Shown here piece after piece: positions 61,401 through 64,000 of a DNA stretch of 64,000 nt. The position numbers were made by a program, and so were the translations under genes. Position 1 is the stretch's first letter, and each line of letters opens with the position of its first letter. Origin of the DNA: Tubiluchus corallicola (Eukaryota > Animalia > Priapulida); NCBI GenBank assembly GCA_030141605.1, contig JAQGDQ010000008.1:744001-808000 (forward strand), in the 5' to 3' direction. Under the pieces are notes generated by a model, which searched no databases, was not told the origin of the DNA, and saw only the letters and a program-made list of their open reading frames with translations.

Positions 61401-64000
61401 TCCATCGTAGCTGTGAACCAGTCAAGAGTTCCGAGCAGACTAGTGAGAGTTCGGATGATGATAACTCTAGTAGTTCAGAGAGTGAGAGTGAAAGTCCAGT
61501 TAGATCTCCAGTACCTGTGCCATCATCACCGGTCGAAGAAAAACAGGTTAGTTAACATTTCAAAACGTCACATTTATTGATTTTTGTTTTGTTTATTGCA
61601 GCTATTTGTACTGGAAGCTATAAAGATGTAAAGTTATACTTTTTAAAAACTTGCAGCAAAATTGTTGCTAATGAGTCATTAAAAGTTTTGAGTTTGTATT
61701 CGGTCAAGAATTTCAAGTACGTAAAATTATGTAATACAATTTTTGCCGGGCCAAAAAAGGGAAAAAATAATGAGGATATGAACGTGTATGTATCAAAAAT
61801 ACTTATTTTGCTTGATGACCTTCAGAGTCTTGAAAATTTCCTTGATTTTTAAGGACTGTCATATTTCTTTTTAGGATGACAAGTCAAAGTCGTGGAGTCT
61901 TGCAAACTTTTTGCCACGCAATAGTCAACCTCGTTCTGTGTCACCTCCTTCATGTCCGACCGACATTACTGAGCAGCCGAAAAGTCTTTCATCTTGCGAG
62001 CTACCCATAGAGAAAAGCAGCGAAGACGAAGAGGTCATAGTTCCATCACGAAGCCGTGCCAACAAAACGGCGGGGGACAGACGACGTAGAAATAGCAGTT
62101 TCACCAAAGATATTATGCTGTCGACTAGTAGTAGTGACAGTGATGATGACAAATGTGACAAGACGACAGAGAAGCAAGGGGCAAAGCAAAAGAGCTTCAG
62201 CAAAAGCGAGGAGAAAAGCGATAAAACTCAAGTGCTGAAGCATGTTTTTGCCAACATGGGGAAAGGCAAGGGGAAAAGACGTCCTCCTGTAAGTTCTGTG
62301 GAAAACCGTAAGAGTATTAATGAAGAAAGTGTCAAAGAGCCAGCGTTGAAAGTAGAAAGTGCTAAACCTCCTAAGCCAGCAAAGACAGTGAAGAGTAAAA
62401 ATCAAAATTCAGACGACTTGCCAGACGATATTATTGATAAATCAAAGTCAAAGGCTTCAAAACCCAGAAGAAAGCCATCAGTCTATAAAGAGAAACAGAC
62501 CAGAGGTAAAAAACCGAAGATTGTTCTGTCAGATTCTGATTCATCTGACGAAGGCGGCTCTTTCACTTCAGCTTTACAAAATTCTTCAAGAGTTGATATG
62601 TCTCATAGACAAGTTGGATCACTATCGAAAAGGCCACCCTCACCTGTTCCACTGGCTTCCGATCTTACCTCTCCGTTTACTTCGCCAAAAATAAACACTC
62701 AGTCCAAATCTAGTGTCCCACCTCAGAAAACCTACAAGTCACCTAAACCAGAACCAAAGCATGAGTCTGCAGCTCATAAAAATTTGCAAAATGAAGCAGT
62801 GACTAACTCGGCTTTGAAGAAAAGCAGCAAATCACCACATAGGACAAGCGACAACCAACAGAAATCAAAGTCTAAAAGCAAAACTGTGAGCGAAAAAGCA
62901 CACTCATCAAAAGAGGAAAAATCAACCACTCAAAAATCTTCAGCTGTTTCTCATGTTAATGCTAGAGACTATAAAGAACAGCAACATATTAAAACAGCAG
63001 TCAGCAATGTTGATGTTGTGCATTCCAAGTCTTCTAAACGCATCCACAGCCAAACTAAAGATGAAGTGTCGCTAGACTACAAACTCGGTCAGGAATTTCC
63101 ACCGCCGTTGCTCTCACCCATTCCAAATCATGATGAAACCACATTTTCTAATGCTCCATCAAAAGAGTCTTGTATTCCAGTAGAACAACCGGTGACATAT
63201 GATGAAAATGGTGCTGCTCATGTAGTCGTCAAACTCAAATTGTCGGCTTTATTCAGAGTGCCTCAGAAAGTTCAAGCAAAGGTTAAATCCTCCGACTCTG
63301 CTGCTGTCGTGCTAGAAAGTGACGATTTCAAAATCACTGAAGCAGCGAAATCTGTATCACTCGATGCAATGAATAACATTTTCGAGCGGATTAATCACCC
63401 CTCAACGCAGTCGCTGCCAAAAGGAAAAACATCTAAAAAGAAAAAAGGTTCCGAAAATGGCAAGAACATGAAAACGAAGTCGGTTAATAAGGACACTGAC
63501 AAGAAAGAGCCAGAAATGAAATCTGAAGTTCCCAGCGGAGACATACAACACATTCACAGGTATTCATGTTATTACTTAATGTGTTATTGCTTAATTGGCT
63601 TCATGTTTTTCACAACCAGTCTACAATTTTGTTGTCATTTTTCTTAGTGTTTTCTCAAAGTGTACATAATTATTTTGTGTTTTTTATGAAGTAAGCTTCA
63701 AGAGAGTCATTATCGTCACCATATATCTTGTTAAAATTTTGCTATCGTAAAATCTTCCTGAATTTTCACATTGTCATTGTTTGTTTCATTGTCGATATGT
63801 TTTAGAGAGTTTATATGTAATTGCTCATGTTTAGTGGGCTAAACATCTAATACCTTCTAGTGAGCTTGAGAGTGCCATTCACTCGGTCGAAGGTAAACAT
63901 TCGGAGTCGTTTGTGGCACAAGTCATCGGCAAGTCACGTGTTCGGCAGCTGAGTGGTAGTAGCAACTCCAGCCGGTGTAGTAGCTTAGATCGAGATGGAG
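27649..64000 (+). CDS. AFF4: AF4/FMR2 family protein (AFF4/lilliputian-like, super elongation complex scaffold), 3'-partial: join(27649..27668,30058..30178,30587..31222,31634..31690,33566..33664,34378..34414,55242..55314,56187..56279,61411..61546,61875..63559,63861..>64000)
   Basis: Phase-consistent GT-AG chain with AFF motifs in the correct order: LRELER..PIFGDPVK, VQSILGDYD, ILEEM..PPLNPIETP..KFSFP, LADDLAISD, a Ser-rich block, KSWSLANFL, PPPLLSPI and VVVKLKLSALFRVP (AF9/ENL-binding-like). Probably the single invertebrate AFF/lilli gene. Confidence 0.85.
27915..28010 (+). mobile_element. CR1/L2-group LINE 3' ORF2 fragment
   Basis: RVLDRWNNLPSHVVCTNSIDTFKRYLDNTW matches WNxLPxxVVxxxSxxxFKxxLD. 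Confidence 0.75.
29626..29759. repeat. 65-bp tandem duplication
   Basis: ctaatgctttaaa..tattgaaagtgcagc..tagtgcttaatgcaaagtcag twice. Confidence 0.85.
29920..29974. repeat. (TA)n microsatellite
   Basis: Perfect AT dinucleotide run. Confidence 0.95.
30058..30178 (+). CDS. AFF4: AFF exon (LGTQKLRELER...PIFGDPVK)
   Basis: ttctag|T ... AAG|gtaata; resembles the AFF N-terminal P-TEFb-binding segment. Confidence 0.8.
30587..31222 (+). CDS. AFF4: AFF exon (VQSILGDYD + His/Ser-rich region)
   Basis: tttcag|AGA ... CCT|gtaagt; 212 open codons. Confidence 0.88.
31634..31690 (+). CDS. AFF4: AFF small exon (EPELLQG...LGILE)
   Basis: ttttag|GAA ... GAG|gtactt; joins EM to give the ILxEM motif. Confidence 0.75.
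32015..32470. mobile_element. MITE-like inverted-repeat element
   Basis: Perfect 22-bp IR aggtcaaaggttaagtgtacca (32100) / tggtacacttaacctttgacct (ends 32405), with degenerate outward extension. Confidence 0.6.
33566..33664 (+). CDS. AFF4: AFF exon (EMKITDPPLNPIETP...KFSFP)
   Basis: tttcag|GAG ... GTG|gtatgc; resembles EMTHSWPPPLTAIHTP..KFPFP (ELL-binding region). Confidence 0.85.
34378..34414 (+). CDS. AFF4: AFF 37-nt exon (ETKPPKHIGQAK)
   Basis: tttcag|GAG ... AAAA|gtaagt; supplies the phase 1 needed by the next exon. Confidence 0.65.
36650..36790 (+). mobile_element. Probable LINE 3' UTR tail
   Basis: gactagatgaccc..ggttcctccctgccc followed by AATAAA and a (ctatgt)-like microsatellite tail. 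Confidence 0.35.
38655..41010. mobile_element. Long-TIR DNA transposon relic (Academ-like), possibly nested
   Basis: ~400-bp imperfect inverted arms (38655..39055 vs 40600..41010, e.g. catagccagtcttatcaatttgact / agtcaaattgataagactggctatg); repeated aaaatggcngcc motifs. Confidence 0.7.
39888..40240 (-). pseudogene. Frameshifted C-terminal fragment of an Academ-type transposase (post-XPG region + Cys-rich finger)
   Basis: FTRKGKSVDAIPPISATLLEHTRCVGYQG then KGCSSRCKCVQASLVCTALCKC; matches IPPTxxALxxHxxRxxYQ...CxxRCxCxxxxLxCTxxCxC. Confidence 0.65.
42832..42845. promoter_or_regulatory. RFX X-box motif
   Basis: GTCGTC AT GGCAAC fits the GTHNYY-AT-RRNAAC consensus within a CpG-rich patch. Confidence 0.45.
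44345..44760 (+). mobile_element. CR1/Jockey-group LINE 3' fragment, frameshifted
   Basis: FYCYFNRKCTQDITSLIP..NTRFS..CRSAAYNSSF then, in another frame, LWNSL..NLDCFEKNVNRYF. Confidence 0.7.
46430..47605. mobile_element. Non-autonomous element with inverted ~15-bp subterminal tandem repeats and an internal (CT)n tract
   Basis: ttccNNagaaa units at 46440-46515 mirrored by tttcNNNgaa units at 47480-47600. Confidence 0.4.
46590..46805. repeat. (CT)n / polypyrimidine tract
   Basis: Near-pure pyrimidine run; explains three spurious ORFs. Confidence 0.95.
47705..47995. mobile_element. Palindromic MITE (Academ-like termini)
   Basis: aaaaatcgctcat..ctttgcacaa..ccattaag mirrored by cttaatgg..ttgcaaag..atgagcaattttt. 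Confidence 0.5.
51355..52460 (-). mobile_element. Non-autonomous Helitron, copy 1
   Basis: On - strand A|TC...CTAG|T; subterminal hairpin cgcaaaa-gaa-ttttgcg ~10 nt from CTAG; (CACCA)-rich and (TA)n tracts; homologous to 56456..57588. Confidence 0.75.
54128..54512. mobile_element. MITE-like element with ~75-bp inverted arms
   Basis: aatgctgaagattctaccctgtgacgtacttctgcaagaattagaa / ttctaattcttgcagcagtacgtcgcaggatagaatcttgagcatt. Confidence 0.65.
55242..55314 (+). CDS. AFF4: AFF exon (KIILNASP...VVAS)
   Basis: ttttag|GG ... TC|gtaagt; phase 1 to 2. Confidence 0.65.
56187..56279 (+). CDS. AFF4: AFF exon (SLADDLAISDLSENE...)
   Basis: tttcag|T ... AG|gtaata; matches the LEDDLxLSD motif. Confidence 0.82.
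56456..57588 (-). mobile_element. Non-autonomous Helitron, copy 2
   Basis: Same termini, hairpin, (CACCA)-rich tract and 5' block as copy 1. Confidence 0.75.
61411..61546 (+). CDS. AFF4: AFF Ser/Glu-rich exon
   Basis: tcgtag|C ... CAG|gttagt; SESSDDDNSSSSESESES. Confidence 0.85.
61875..63559 (+). CDS. AFF4: AFF large disordered exon
   Basis: ttttag|GAT ... AG|gtattc; 1685 nt open; KSWSLANFL, LLSPI, VKLKLSALFRVP. Confidence 0.9.
63861..64000 (+). CDS. AFF4: AFF exon, runs off the window
   Basis: ttctag|T GAG CTT...; open to the end in the phase required. Confidence 0.65.

Noticed and set aside
61925-62694. Alternative-frame and antisense ORFs in the large AFF exon
   Set aside because: By-products of the Lys/Ser-biased coding sequence.

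Overview
AT-rich, intron-rich metazoan (invertebrate) genomic DNA, not prokaryotic; most short ORFs in the track are noise or exon fragments. Three genes are supported. (1) The 3' part of a GLYR1/N-PAC/NP60 (NDF)-type gene on +, with 9 phase-consistent exons (40..24048). Its beta-hydroxyacid dehydrogenase domain keeps the catalytic Lys that human N-PAC has lost. (2) A 994-aa LRR-Ig-TM receptor with an intronless CDS on - (4579..7563), nested antisense in a 13.4-kb GLYR1 intron. It has an 11-residue-repeat cytoplasmic coiled coil and a PDZ-type C-terminus. (3) The 5' part of an AF4/FMR2-family (AFF/lilliputian) gene on + (27649 to the window end), with 11 exons and a 21-kb intron holding candidate internal promoters. 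Introns contain many non-autonomous transposon relics (hAT MITEs with TSDs, two Helitrons, an Academ fragment, CR1-group LINE tails). No prokaryote-type system (CRISPR, operon, defence island) is present. All homology calls come from recalled motifs, not database searches.
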